64,000 nt of DNA from Actinomycetota bacterium. GTDB taxonomy: Bacteria > Actinomycetota > Acidimicrobiia > Acidimicrobiales > JAJPHD01. Below the pieces are notes generated by a model. It saw only the letters and a program-made list of their open reading frames with translations, searched no databases and was not told the DNA's origin. The position numbers and the translations under genes are program-made. Positions 37,747 to 49,897 of this stretch are shown piece after piece (positions within the stretch are counted from its first letter, which is position 1; each line of letters opens with the position of its first letter). Location of the stretch: the NCBI GenBank assembly GCA_021325455.1, contig JAJPHD010000026.1, positions 400,387-464,386 of the forward strand, in the 5' to 3' direction.

Positions 37747-39225
37747 TCAGCCCGGGGCGGCGGCCAACCGGAGATCCCGCCGCTCCCCCGGGTCCGGTCC
37801 GGCGCCCAGCAGGGTTCGCACCGCCTCGCCCAGCGAGCCCACCCGCACCAGTTCGAAGCCGGCCGGCCCATCGGGGCAGGAGGAGGGGACGACGGCGCCG
37901 GCGAACCCGAGCCGCTCGGCCTCGGCCAGCCGGCGCTTCACCTGGGCCACCTGGCGGACCTCACCCCCCAGGCCCACCTCCCCACATGCCACCAGGTGGG
38001 CGGGGAGGGGGATGTCGGCGGCGGCTGAGGCCAGCGCCAGGGCCAGGGCCAGGTCCGCCGCCGGCTCCCCCACCCGCACTCCGCCCACGACCGAGGCGAA
38101 CACGTCACAGCCGGCTAGGGAGAGCCCCGTCCTCCTGGCCAGCACAGCCAGCAGCAGGGCCAGGCGCCCGCCGTCCAGCCCCTGGGCAAAGCGGCGGGGC
38201 ACGCCGGCCCGGGTGGGCGTCACGAGCGCTTGCACCTCCACCATCAGCGCCCGGGTGCCCTCCAGGGCAGGAAGCACCGCCGTCCCGGCCAGGCCCGGCC
38301 GGCGGTCGGCCAGGAGCAGCCCGCTCGGGTCGGGGACGCCCACCAAGCCGGTGCCGGTCATCTCGAAGAGCCCCAGGTCACCGGTGGGGCCGAAGCGGTG
38401 CTTGGTGGCCCGCAGCAGGCGAAGGGCGTGGTGGCGCTCCCCTTCGAAGGAGACCACGGTGTCCACCACGTGCTCCAGCACCCGGGGCCCCGCCAGGGAC
38501 CCGTCCTTGGTCACGTGCCCCACCAGGACCACGGCCGTCCCCCGGGCCTTGGCCTCCTGCACCAGGCGGGCCGCGCACTCCCGCACCTGGACCAGGGTCC
38601 CCGGTGCCGACCCCAGGTCGGGGTCGGCCACCGTCTGGATCGAGTCCACCACCATCACGTCGGGGCGCACCTGGTCCCAGGCTGACAGCAGGGCAGGAAG
38701 GAGGGTCTCGCTCACCAGCCAGAGGCCGGGGACCAAGGCACCCACCCGCTGGGCCCGCAGGCGGACCTGGGGAGGGGACTCCTCGGCCGAGACCAGAAGG
38801 GCCCGGCACCCCTTAAGGGCCATCGAGGCGGCCGCCTGCAGGAGCAAGGTGGACTTCCCCACCCCGGGCTCGCCCCCCACCACGGTGACCGACCCGGGAA
38901 CGAGGCCCCCGGCCAGCACCCGGTCCAGCTCGCCCACCCCCGTGGCTCGCGGCCCCCAGCCCGCCACGCCCACCTCGGCCAAGGGAACGGGAGCCGCCCC
39001 CGGCCGCGGGGAGCCGGGGCCGGCCCGGGGCGGCTCCTCGGGCTCCTCCACCAGGGAGTTCCACGCCCCACAGCCGGCACAGCGCCCCACCCAGCGAGGG
39101 TGGAGCGTGCCGCACTCGGTGCAGCGGTGCTGTGAGCGGGGCCGAGCCACCCCGCTGATGCTACGAACGGCCTGTGACACCCTCAGGCTGGCCGCCCGGG
39201 GGGGCGCTCGCTGGCCGCCCGGCAA
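37747..39225 (-). CDS. radA: DNA repair protein RadA/Sms
   Basis: The zinc ribbon is CTECGTLHPRWVGRCAGCGAWNS. Walker A is GEPGVGKST, followed by ATKHRFGPTG and a Lon-like C-terminus. The start is uncertain; in-frame GTGs at 39180 and 39150 are more typical. Confidence 0.9.
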   Translation of the reverse strand: MPGGQRAPPRAASLRVSQAVRSISGVARPRSQHRCTECGTLHPRWVGRCAGCGAWNSLVEEPEEPPRAGPGSPRPGAAPVPLAEVGVAGWGPRATGVGELDRVLAGGLVPGSVTVVGGEPGVGKSTLLLQAAASMALKGCRALLVSAEESPPQVRLRAQRVGALVPGLWLVSETLLPALLSAWDQVRPDVMVVDSIQTVADPDLGSAPGTLVQVRECAARLVQEAKARGTAVVLVGHVTKDGSLAGPRVLEHVVDTVVSFEGERHHALRLLRATKHRFGPTGDLGLFEMTGTGLVGVPDPSGLLLADRRPGLAGTAVLPALEGTRALMVEVQALVTPTRAGVPRRFAQGLDGGRLALLLAVLARRTGLSLAGCDVFASVVGGVRVGEPAADLALALALASAAADIPLPAHLVACGEVGLGGEVRQVAQVKRRLAEAERLGFAGAVVPSSCPDGPAGFELVRVGSLGEAVRTLLGAGPDPGERRDLRLAAAPG

Positions 39226-39249
39226 GGGCCGGGCGAGCCGGCGCCGGGC

Positions 39250-41736
<2,487 letters not shown>

Positions 41737-41755
41737 GTGCCGCCTCCCGGACGGT

Positions 41756-41773
41756 TGCGTACTTCGCATTCTA
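41756..41773 (-). promoter_or_regulatory. Candidate clpC1 promoter -10 (TAGAAT) abutting the dyad TGCG-N5-CGCA
   Basis: On the minus strand TAGAAT lies at 41773-41768, immediately followed by TGCGAAGTACGCA (41768-41756). This is about 20-30 nt upstream of TTG 41736. Confidence 0.3.
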
Positions 41774-41875
41774 GCCGTGGCCTGTGCCGTTCTGGCATCT
41801 ACCTACCCCAACGCCGGGGCTGCCACGACCTCCCCGATCGAGGGGCCACCCATTGCCATTATCGGTTGACCACTC

Positions 41876-42877
41876 TTGTCGCCTAAGTTCCCCTGGGTGA
41901 ACGTCGCCGACCTCCTGGGCCTTCCCTGGCTGGAGGATGACCTGGCTCGGCTGGAGGGCGTCCTCCGCCAATCGGCCACCTCCGATGACCCCTTCCTGGC
42001 CGAGGTGGCCACCCATCTGATCGGTGGCGGGGGCAAGCGCCTGCGCCCTGTCCTGGCCCTGGCCGCCGCCGCCGTCGCCGGGCGCAGGGCCAGTGACCAG
42101 GTGCTCCTCGGAGGGGTGGCGGTGGAGCTGGTCCACCTCGCCTCGCTCTACCACGACGACGTCATCGACGAGGCCGTCAACCGGCGCCACCTGCCGAGCG
42201 TCAATGCCCGCTGGGGGAACCTCATGGCCGTGGTGACCGGGGACTTCCTGCTCGCCCGGGCGGCCGGCATCGCGGCCAGCCTGGGGACCGAGGTGGCCGG
42301 CGCCCTGGCCGCCACCCTGGCCCGGATGATGGAGGGCCAGGTCCAGGAGGTGCAGACCGCTTATGACACCAGCCGTAGCGAGTCGTCCTACCTGTCGGCC
42401 ATCGCCGGCAAGACGGCGTCTCTCATGGCCACCGCCTGCCGAATCGGCGGCCTGACCGCCGGCCTCGACCCCTCCGACGTCGAGGCGGCCACCAGCTTCG
42501 GCGAGTGCCTGGGGATGGCGTTCCAGATCCGGGACGACGTCTTGGACGTGGTGGCCACGGGGGACGAGCTGGGCAAGCCACCGGGTCAGGACCTGGTCCA
42601 GGGCGTCTACACCCTCCCCGTGCTCAGGACCCTGGCCGATCCCGAGGTGGGCCCGGACCTGACCGTGCTGCTGGGCAGCCCCCTGGACGGTGCCGAGCTG
42701 GAGCGGGTGCGGGGGCTGGTGGCCATCACGGGAGCCCCGCCGGCAGCCAAGGAGGCCCGCCGCTGGGCCGAGGAGGCGGCTGAGGCCGCCGCCCGCCTCA
42801 GCCATCCTTCGGTGGCCGAGGCCCTGAGGGGCCTGGCCTTCGGCCTGGCCGACACCGTTCCCGTTCCCTCCGGCTAG
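41876..42877 (+). CDS. Polyprenyl diphosphate synthase (trans-isoprenyl, GGPP/heptaprenyl type)
   Basis: GGGKRLRP is present, with the first Asp-rich motif LYHDDVID and the second FQIRDDVLD. The start is TTG. Confidence 0.85.
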   Translation: MSPKFPWVNVADLLGLPWLEDDLARLEGVLRQSATSDDPFLAEVATHLIGGGGKRLRPVLALAAAAVAGRRASDQVLLGGVAVELVHLASLYHDDVIDEAVNRRHLPSVNARWGNLMAVVTGDFLLARAAGIAASLGTEVAGALAATLARMMEGQVQEVQTAYDTSRSESSYLSAIAGKTASLMATACRIGGLTAGLDPSDVEAATSFGECLGMAFQIRDDVLDVVATGDELGKPPGQDLVQGVYTLPVLRTLADPEVGPDLTVLLGSPLDGAELERVRGLVAITGAPPAAKEARRWAEEAAEAAARLSHPSVAEALRGLAFGLADTVPVPSG

Positions 42878-42925
42878 GCAACTGCTGGGAGCGCTCGGGG
42901 GTGCCCTCCCCCGCTGCACCCGGTG

Positions 42926-44341
42926 TCATTCGGCCTCATCCCAGACCTCGGGACGCATGGCGGGAAAGGCGATCACCTCCCGGATGTGGCGCGAACCGGT
43001 GAGGAGCATGGCCAGCCGGTCCACGCCCACGCCCAGCCCCCCCGTGGGCGGCAGCCCGTACTCCATGGCCCGCAGGTAGTCCCGGTCCAGGGGCATGGCC
43101 TCCTCCTCCCCGGCGGCCCGCTGGCGGGCCTGGTCCTCGAAGCGGGCCCGCTGCTCGTCGGGGTCGTTCAGCTCCGAGAAGGCGTTGGCCAGCTCCCGCC
43201 CGGCCAGGATGGACTCGAAGCGCTCCACGTACCCGGGCCGGGAGCGATGGTCCCGGGCCAGGGGCGACACCTCTTTCGGGTAGTCGCACACATGGACCGG
43301 GCCCCAGAGGTTGGGCTCGGTCGTCTTCTCGTAGATCTCGAAGAGAAGGGCGCCCGGGCCCCACCGCGGCTCCACCGTCACCCCCAGCCGGCCCGCCACC
43401 TTGGCCAGGCCGTCGCGGCCCATGGCCAGGTCCACCACCTCCCCGGTCTGCTCCTCCACCAGCTCGGTCATGGTCGCCCGTCGCCAGGGAGGGGAGAGGT
43501 CGAGCTCTCGCCCCTCGTAGGGGATGACCACCGACCCGCAGCACTCACGGGCCAGATGGGCCACCATGGACTCGGTGAGGGCCATCATGTCCGTGTAGTC
43601 GGCGTAGGCCTGGTACAGCTCGAGCATCGTGAACTCAGGGTTGTGACGGGGGGAGAGGCCCTCGTTGCGGAAGATCCGCCCGATCTCGAAGACCTTCTCC
43701 ATCCCCCCCACGACCAGGCGCTTCAGGTGGAGCTCGATGGCGATGCGAAGGTACAGGTCGGCATCGAGGGCGTTGTGGTGGGTGACGAAGGGGAGCGCAT
43801 GCCCCCCACTCGGCACCACCTGGAGTATGGGGGTCTCCACCTCCACGAACCCGCGCTCCTCCAGGAACCGGCGCATGAGGCTCACCATCATCGAGCGGCG
43901 GAGCAGGATGGAACGGGGATCGTCGTTGGCCCACAGGTCCACGTAGCGCTGGCGGAACCGGGTCTCGACATCGCTCACCCCCCGCCACTTGTCCCCGAAG
44001 TGCCGCCTGGCCCGGGCCAGCAGCACCCAGCGACGGACCCGGACGCTCAACTCGCCCCTCCTGGTCCGCACCACGTCCCCGGTGGCGCCGACCCAGTCCC
44101 CCAGGGAGAGCCGGCCCAGGCTCTCCAGGTCCTCGGTCACACCGGCCACCCCCCACAGCTGGATGGCCCCGGTCCAGTCCCGCAGGGTGGCGAACACCAT
44201 CCGGCCCTGGGGGCGGATCAGCATGAGGCGCCCGGCCACCGTGGCGACCTGGTGAGCCTCCTCTCCCGGCGGGAGGTCCCGCCACCTGGCCTGCAGCTCG
44301 CCGGCATCGGAGTCCTTGGCGAACCGGTAGGGGATCTCCAT
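42926..44341 (-). CDS. lysS: Lysine--tRNA ligase (class II)
   Basis: OB-fold segment VAGRLMLIRPQGRMVFATLRD, then RFRQRYVDL, FVEVETPIL, FRNEGLSPRHNPEFTMLE and GLGVGVDRL. ATG 44341 lies 8 nt after the coaX stop. Confidence 0.9.
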   Translation of the reverse strand: MEIPYRFAKDSDAGELQARWRDLPPGEEAHQVATVAGRLMLIRPQGRMVFATLRDWTGAIQLWGVAGVTEDLESLGRLSLGDWVGATGDVVRTRRGELSVRVRRWVLLARARRHFGDKWRGVSDVETRFRQRYVDLWANDDPRSILLRRSMMVSLMRRFLEERGFVEVETPILQVVPSGGHALPFVTHHNALDADLYLRIAIELHLKRLVVGGMEKVFEIGRIFRNEGLSPRHNPEFTMLELYQAYADYTDMMALTESMVAHLARECCGSVVIPYEGRELDLSPPWRRATMTELVEEQTGEVVDLAMGRDGLAKVAGRLGVTVEPRWGPGALLFEIYEKTTEPNLWGPVHVCDYPKEVSPLARDHRSRPGYVERFESILAGRELANAFSELNDPDEQRARFEDQARQRAAGEEEAMPLDRDYLRAMEYGLPPTGGLGVGVDRLAMLLTGSRHIREVIAFPAMRPEVWDEAE

Positions 44342-44348
44342 GGGGCCC

Positions 44349-45176
44349 TCAGCCACCTGCGCCCCCTCCTCCACCGCAGTTGCGCTCCCACACCAGGCGC
44401 AGACCATGGAGGGTGAGCCAGGGGTCCAGGTGCTCCACCCGGCCCACGTGGGGGGCCATCAGCTCGGCCAAGCCCCCGGTGGCCACGACGGTGCAGCGCC
44501 CCACCTCGTCCTCGATCCGCCGGCACATCCCGTCCGTCATGGCCGCGAAACCGTAGATGGCGCCGGACTGGATGGACTCGATGGTGGACCTGCCCACCAC
44601 GTGGCGGGGCTCCACCAGCTCCACCCTCCGGAGCATGGAGGCCCGGGCGAAGAGGGCATCGAGGCTGATCTCGATCCCGGGCAGGATCACCCCCCCCAGG
44701 TACTCCCCATGGGGCGAGACCACGTCGAAGGTGGTGGCCGTCCCGAAGTCGACCACGATGAGGGGGGCCCGGTAGAGGTCCAGGGCCGCCACGGCATTGG
44801 CGATGCGGTCGGCCCCCACGTCCCGGGGGTTCTCGTAGAGGATGGGCATCCCGGTGCGCACGCCGGGGCCGAGGACCACGGCCGTGACGCCGAACCACTT
44901 CTCGGCCATCTCCCGGAGGGCCCCCTGGACGCGGGGCACGGTCGAGGAGATGGCCGTGCCGGTGATGGCGCTGAAGGGGTCGTAGCCGCTCAGCCGGACC
45001 AGGTCTGCCACGAGCAGGGCATGCTCGTCGGCGGTGCGGTCGGCATCGGTGGCCATCCGCCAGTGGTGGAGGAGGCCGTGGTCCCCGGGCGCTCCGGGGG
45101 GCCGGGCCTCGCCGGGGTCGAGGGCGAAGAGGCCCACGACGGTCTGGGTGTTGCCGGCGTCGATGGCGAGGAGCAC
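44349..45176 (-). CDS. coaX: Type III pantothenate kinase
   Basis: Segments LLAIDAGNT, DRIANAVAA, VDFGTATTFD and GGLAELM support the call. The preferred start is GTG 45176. Confidence 0.9.
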   Translation of the reverse strand: MLLAIDAGNTQTVVGLFALDPGEARPPGAPGDHGLLHHWRMATDADRTADEHALLVADLVRLSGYDPFSAITGTAISSTVPRVQGALREMAEKWFGVTAVVLGPGVRTGMPILYENPRDVGADRIANAVAALDLYRAPLIVVDFGTATTFDVVSPHGEYLGGVILPGIEISLDALFARASMLRRVELVEPRHVVGRSTIESIQSGAIYGFAAMTDGMCRRIEDEVGRCTVVATGGLAELMAPHVGRVEHLDPWLTLHGLRLVWERNCGGGGGAGG

Positions 45177-45238
45177 TCCACCCAGCCTGCCCCTTGGGCC
45201 GGGCGCAGGTCGAACCGGGCCAGGAGAGGCCAGCCCGC

Positions 45239-45703
45239 TCAGAGCGGGCCGAGCCGACGCAGCCCTCCGGCCAGCGCCTCCCGCCACCCGGGCGGTCCCA
45301 GGGCGTCGGCCACCTCGGGAGCCAGGTCCGCCAGGGGGAACAGGACGAAGCCCCGCTCGGCCAGGCGCGGATGGGGGACGCTGAGGTCGGGCTCATCCAC
45401 CACCTCGTCCCCCACCGCCAGGATGTCCACGTCCAGGGTCCTCGGTCCCCATCTCTCGGTGCGGACCCTCCCGGCGGCGGCCTCGAGCCGGCGCGCCACC
45501 CCCAGGAGGTCCCGGGCCCCCCGCTCGGTGCGCAGCTCGGCCACCAGGTTGAGGTAGGGCCCCTGGCCCGGAGGGCCCCCCACGGGCTCGGTCTCGTACA
45601 CGGGCGAGACGGCGTAGAGGTCGGGGAGGGAGGCCACCGCCTGAGCCAGGAACCGGCGGCGGTCCCCGAGGTTGGAGCCCAGTCCGAGAAACGCCCGCCT
45701 CAT
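45239..45703 (-). CDS. folK: 2-amino-4-hydroxy-6-hydroxymethyldihydropteridine diphosphokinase
   Basis: Segments FLGLGSNLGD, RTLDVDIL, PHPRLAERGFVL support the call. Confidence 0.9.
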   Translation of the reverse strand: MRRAFLGLGSNLGDRRRFLAQAVASLPDLYAVSPVYETEPVGGPPGQGPYLNLVAELRTERGARDLLGVARRLEAAAGRVRTERWGPRTLDVDILAVGDEVVDEPDLSVPHPRLAERGFVLFPLADLAPEVADALGPPGWREALAGGLRRLGPL

Positions 45704-46098
45704 GCCGGGCCGGCCCGGAGCCGGGTGATGCTCACCCCGGCCCAGGCCAGGTCGGCGGGCACCGGTGGGCGCAGCTTGCGCACCGTCACCGTCACCCCCT
45801 CCACGGCCCCCCAGGCCAGCACGGTGCCGGCCACCGCCTCGGCCAGGGCCTCGAGGAGAAGGAACCGCTGGCCGGTCACCACCGCCACCACGTCACCCAC
45901 CACCGCCCCGTAGTCGACGGTGTCGGAGAGGTCGTCGCTGCGCCCCGCTGGGCTCATGTCCACGAGGATGTCGAGGTCCACCTCGAAGGGCTGGGGCCGC
46001 TCCCGCTCCTCGGGCAGAGCCCCGTGGGTCCCCACCACGCGCAACCCCCTGATGAGCAGGTGATCGTCTCCCGCCCCCAAAGGGTCCCTCACCACCAC
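45700..46098 (-). CDS. folB: Dihydroneopterin aldolase
   Basis: Segments IRGLRVVGTHGALPEERERPQPFEVDLDI, DTVDYG and LLEALAEAV support the call. The stop overlaps the folK start. The start is uncertain. Confidence 0.85.
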   Translation of the reverse strand: MVVRDPLGAGDDHLLIRGLRVVGTHGALPEERERPQPFEVDLDILVDMSPAGRSDDLSDTVDYGAVVGDVVAVVTGQRFLLLEALAEAVAGTVLAWGAVEGVTVTVRKLRPPVPADLAWAGVSITRLRAGPA

Positions 46099-46198
46099 CG
46101 GCTGTGGCTCCCGAGGTGAGCCCCCGGCCCCCGCCAGCCTCCCGCCAAGACCAACCGGCTGGGCCGAGACCCTCCGGCCCCGTCCGGGCCGAGGTCAC

Positions 46199-46714
46199 TC
46201 ACGCCCGGCCTGCCGGGCGGACCAGGCTGGGCACCACCGTGACCAGCTGGCGACCCTCCGGTCCCATCTGGCGCTTCACGATCCGCTCTATGGCCGTGAT
46301 GGCCTGGGCCGAGCTGGGGAGCTTCCCCGACCAGAGCAGGTAACCGCCCATCACCCCCATCACCCGGTCCCCCAGCTCCTCCTGGTGGACCAGGAGACGC
46401 TCCCCGTCCGCCAGCCAGGCGTCCAGCTGCTGGTACAGGTCGGGCAGGACCAGCCGGGGGTCGGCCCCGGGAGGGAACGGGACGTGGCCCCAGGCCAGGT
46501 CGACCTCGTCGTAGGCATGGAGGTTGTGCGGCGAGGCCAGCAGCGAGACCACCCTGTTGAACCCGTTCCCCTGCAGCCAGATGATCTCCTCCTGGCGGCG
46601 GACCCTCCGGTGGTTGCGGGCGTAGCCCCCAGGGCGCTCGGAGATGGCCAGGCGGTCCCGGATGATCCAGACGAAGTAGCGGGGGGGTATCCCGGCCGCC
46701 CACCGGCCCTTCAC
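46199..46714 (-). CDS. Dual-specificity-phosphatase-fold protein with Gln in place of the catalytic Cys (HQEELGDR)
   Basis: The layout RPGG...FNRVVSLL...HVPFPPGADP...LLVHQEELGDRVMGVMGGYLL...AITAIERI matches the DSP/PTP fold, but the CX5R loop reads QX5R. GTG 46714 overlaps the folP TGA (GTGA). Confidence 0.6.
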   Translation of the reverse strand: MKGRWAAGIPPRYFVWIIRDRLAISERPGGYARNHRRVRRQEEIIWLQGNGFNRVVSLLASPHNLHAYDEVDLAWGHVPFPPGADPRLVLPDLYQQLDAWLADGERLLVHQEELGDRVMGVMGGYLLWSGKLPSSAQAITAIERIVKRQMGPEGRQLVTVVPSLVRPAGRA

Positions 46715-47538
46715 CGGTCCTCCCCGGCCTGCACGCCCTCCTCCGGCGGCACGGACCTCACCCGGCCGGGACCGGCCACCCTGAGGGCCTGGACGGTGGG
46801 GGCCACGTCGTGGACCCGGACCATGGAGGCTCCCTGGTCGACGGCCCAGACCGCGCTGGCCAAGGAGGCCTCCAAGCGGTCACTGGGCGGCGCCGGCGGC
46901 TGGCCGGGCAGGGCGCTCAGACGCCCGAGGAAGCCCTTGCGGCTGGTCCCCACCAGGAGGGGGAAACCCAGGGCGGCCAGGGAGCCCAGGTGGCGGAGGA
47001 GGCTCAGGTTGTGGCCGGCGGTCTTGCCGAACCCGATGCCGGGATCGATCCACCCCTCCTCCACCCCCAGCCGGCGGGCCCGGTGGGCCCGGTCATCCAG
47101 GAACTGTCGCACCTCGGCCACCACGTCACGGTAGGCGGGTGCCCGCTGCATGGTCTGGGGCGTGCCCTGGCGGTGCATGGCCACCCAGCCCACCCCCAGG
47201 GCGGCGGCCACCCCGGCCAGGCCGGCTGACACGTCGTTTATCAAGGTGGCACCGGCCCTCACGGCTGCCTCGGCCACGGCCGGCTTGACGGTGTCCACCG
47301 ACACCCTCACCCTGGGGGCCAGGGCCTCTATCACCGGCACCACCCTGGCCAGCTCGACGGGCTCCTCCACAGGCTGGGCCCCGGGCCGGCTGGACTCGCC
47401 CCCCACGTCGATCAGGGCTGCACCCTCCTCGGCCATGGTCAGGCCGTGGGCGATGGCCGCGTCGCGGTCCAGGTAGAGGCCTCCGTCGGAGAAGGAGTCG
47501 GGGGTGACGTTGAGCACACCCATCACCAGGGCACTCAT
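46711..47538 (-). CDS. folP: Dihydropteroate synthase
   Basis: Segments MGVLNVTPDSFSDGG, IDVGGESSRPG, INDVSAG, DPGIGFGK support the call. Confidence 0.92.
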   Translation of the reverse strand: MSALVMGVLNVTPDSFSDGGLYLDRDAAIAHGLTMAEEGAALIDVGGESSRPGAQPVEEPVELARVVPVIEALAPRVRVSVDTVKPAVAEAAVRAGATLINDVSAGLAGVAAALGVGWVAMHRQGTPQTMQRAPAYRDVVAEVRQFLDDRAHRARRLGVEEGWIDPGIGFGKTAGHNLSLLRHLGSLAALGFPLLVGTSRKGFLGRLSALPGQPPAPPSDRLEASLASAVWAVDQGASMVRVHDVAPTVQALRVAGPGRVRSVPPEEGVQAGEDR

Positions 47539-47621
47539 CCCGGTCTACGTTAGAGGCCCCCGGGATGGGGTCCTGGCGGGCCCGCCAGCCGGGGGGACGG
47601 CCACGAGCAGGGCCGCCGGGA

Positions 47622-48239
47622 TCAGCGGCCCCCGTGGATGAACTGCATGGCCTCGGCCCGGGTGGCGGCGCTGGTGCGGAACATCCCCCTCACGGCCGAG
47701 GTCACCGTGAGGGTGCCCGGCTTCTTGACCCCGCGCATGGACATGCACAGGTGCTCGGCCTCCAGCACGACCAGCACCCCCCGCGGGCTCAGCACCCTCT
47801 CTATGGTGTCGGCCACCTGAGAGGTCATCCTCTCCTGGACCTGCAGGCGGCGGGCATAGCCCTCGATGAGCCGGGCCAGCTTCGAGAGGCCGGTGATGCG
47901 GCCCTCCTCGTTCGGGATGTAGGCGATATGGGCCCTGCCGATGAAGGGCACCAGGTGGTGCTCGCACAGCGAGGCGAAAGGGATGTCCTTCACCATGACC
48001 ATCTCGTCGTGCTCGAGGGCGAAGGTGGCGGTCAGATGGCGCCCCGGGTCGTCGTGCAGGCCCGAGAACAGCTCCTGGTACATGTCGGCCACCCGTGCGG
48101 GAGTGCCCGCCAGCCCCTCCCGGTCGGGGTCCTCGCCTATGGCGAGGAGGAGCTCGCGCACCGCCCTTGCCACCCGGGCCCCGTCCACCCCCCGCTCCCC
48201 GACCAGGCGGGGGGAACGGGTGGGCTCGGCGGCCGTCAT
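47622..48239 (-). CDS. folE: GTP cyclohydrolase I
   Basis: Segments [28 protein letters not shown] and [10 protein letters not shown] support the call. ATG 48239 overlaps the hpt TGA (ATGA). Confidence 0.92.
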   Translation of the reverse strand: MTAAEPTRSPRLVGERGVDGARVARAVRELLLAIGEDPDREGLAGTPARVADMYQELFSGLHDDPGRHLTATFALEHDEMVMVKDIPFASLCEHHLVPFIGRAHIAYIPNEEGRITGLSKLARLIEGYARRLQVQERMTSQVADTIERVLSPRGVLVVLEAEHLCMSMRGVKKPGTLTVTSAVRGMFRTSAATRAEAMQFIHGGR

Positions 48240-48823
48240 GGGGAAGAGGCCTCCGGGCCGACGTAGGTGCAGATGAAGGGCAGGTTCCGGTACCGCTCGT
48301 CCAGGTCCAGGCCGTAGCCCACCACGAACTCCGGGGGGATGGTGAAGCCCACGTAGCGCAGGTCCAGCGGGGTGCGCTGCAGCCCCTCCTTCACCAGGAG
48401 GGCGCAGACCTCCAGGCTGGCGGGGCCCCGGGCCAGGAGGTTGCGGCTCAGGTACGACAAGGTGAGCCCGCTGTCCACGATGTCCTCCACCACGAGGACG
48501 TGGCGGCCCGAGAGGTCCAGGTCCAGGTCCTTCACGATCCTCACCACGCCGCTCGTCCTGGTGGCGCTGCCGTAGGAGGACACGGCCATGAAGTCGAACT
48601 CCACGGGAAGGGGGATGGTCTTGGCCAGGTCGCTCATGAACATGAAGGCGCCCTTGAGCACCCCTATCAGGAGAGGGGGCCGCCCGGCGTAGTCGCTGCC
48701 GATGGCCGCCCCCAGATCGGCCACCCGGGCGGACAGCTCCCTCTCGGTCACCACCATGGGCCCGAGGGCAGGGTCTCCCCCCGGCGGGGGGCCGCCCATG
48801 GGGACCAGTCCCTTCATGCTCAT
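48236..48823 (-). CDS. hpt: Hypoxanthine phosphoribosyltransferase
   Basis: Segments [30 protein letters not shown] (PRPP motif) and VVGYGLD support the call. The preferred start is ATG 48823 after GGAGGGG; alternatives are 48856 and 48757. Confidence 0.9.
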   Translation of the reverse strand: MSMKGLVPMGGPPPGGDPALGPMVVTERELSARVADLGAAIGSDYAGRPPLLIGVLKGAFMFMSDLAKTIPLPVEFDFMAVSSYGSATRTSGVVRIVKDLDLDLSGRHVLVVEDIVDSGLTLSYLSRNLLARGPASLEVCALLVKEGLQRTPLDLRYVGFTIPPEFVVGYGLDLDERYRNLPFICTYVGPEASSP

Positions 48824-48884
48824 GGCCGTCCCCTCCGGTCGTCCCGGCCCTGCCACCCGACCAAGCCACTCACGGTCGCCGACC

Positions 48885-49862
48885 CTACCCGGGAAGTCCG
48901 CCCTCGGGGGGGCCCGAGACCCACAACCTTCCCCGGGAGCGGCGGACCCGGCGCCCGCCCTCGATCTCGCAGGCGACGGCCTGGCCGGCCGCCACCTCCA
49001 GGACCCGCTCCACCGCCGCCGAGGCGGGGGGGTGGCCCTGGCCGTCCCGCAGCCACCGTCTCACGGCCCGCCGGGCGAGGGGGCGGGGGGCCCGGGCCAG
49101 GGACCGGGCATCGGTGGGGTCGAGGCCCAGCGACAGCTCCTCGAGCAGGTCGGCGTCCTCGGCGAGGAGCTCGGCCTGGCGGGCCACCACGGCAGTGACG
49201 TCCCGTTCCGCCACCTCGCAGAGCAGGGGGATGACCTCGTGGCGGAGGCGGTTGCGGCGCAGGCGGGGGTCCCGGTTGGTGGGGTCGTCCAGGGGCACCC
49301 AGCCGGCCGCGGCGCAAAGGGCCCGGGTCTCCGCCCGCCGCAGGCCCAGGATGGGGTGGACGGGCCCGGGGCGCATCCCCCCCAGGCCGTCCAGGCCCGC
49401 GCCCCTCAGGAGGTTCAGCAGGATGGTCTCGGCCTGGTCGTCGGCCGTGTGCCCGGTGGCCGTGCCCGGGGGGAGCACGGAGCGGCGGGCCTCCCGGGCC
49501 CGCGCCTCCAGGTTCGGCCCCGGCGCCACGACCACCCGTTCGGCCCGGAAGGCGGCCCCGAGACCGGCTGCCACCTCGGCCACCCGGTCCGCCTCGGCGC
49601 CTGAGCCGGGCCTCAGCCCGTGGTCCACGTGGATCGCCGTCACCCGGCATCCCGCCGCACAGGCCAGGGCCAGCAGGGCCAGGGAGTCGGGGCCGCCCGA
49701 GACGGCACACACCAGGGGCTGGCCGGCGGGGGGGAAGTGGCAGCGGGCCAGAAGGTGCTGGCAGGGCGGGAGGGGGCAGGCGGGCGCCAAATCCTCACCC
49801 CCCAACGGGCGCACCCCCGCCGACCCGCCCCGGGCCGGCAAGGCCCGGGCATCCTCGCCCAT
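48885..49862 (-). CDS. tilS: tRNA(Ile)-lysidine synthase
   Basis: PP-loop [11 protein letters not shown], then [10 protein letters not shown] and [18 protein letters not shown]. Confidence 0.88.
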   Translation of the reverse strand: MGEDARALPARGGSAGVRPLGGEDLAPACPLPPCQHLLARCHFPPAGQPLVCAVSGGPDSLALLALACAAGCRVTAIHVDHGLRPGSGAEADRVAEVAAGLGAAFRAERVVVAPGPNLEARAREARRSVLPPGTATGHTADDQAETILLNLLRGAGLDGLGGMRPGPVHPILGLRRAETRALCAAAGWVPLDDPTNRDPRLRRNRLRHEVIPLLCEVAERDVTAVVARQAELLAEDADLLEELSLGLDPTDARSLARAPRPLARRAVRRWLRDGQGHPPASAAVERVLEVAAGQAVACEIEGGRRVRRSRGRLWVSGPPEGGLPG

Positions 49863-49897
49863 GGCCGCTGGCCCTCCCCTCCGGATGGGGCCCCTGC

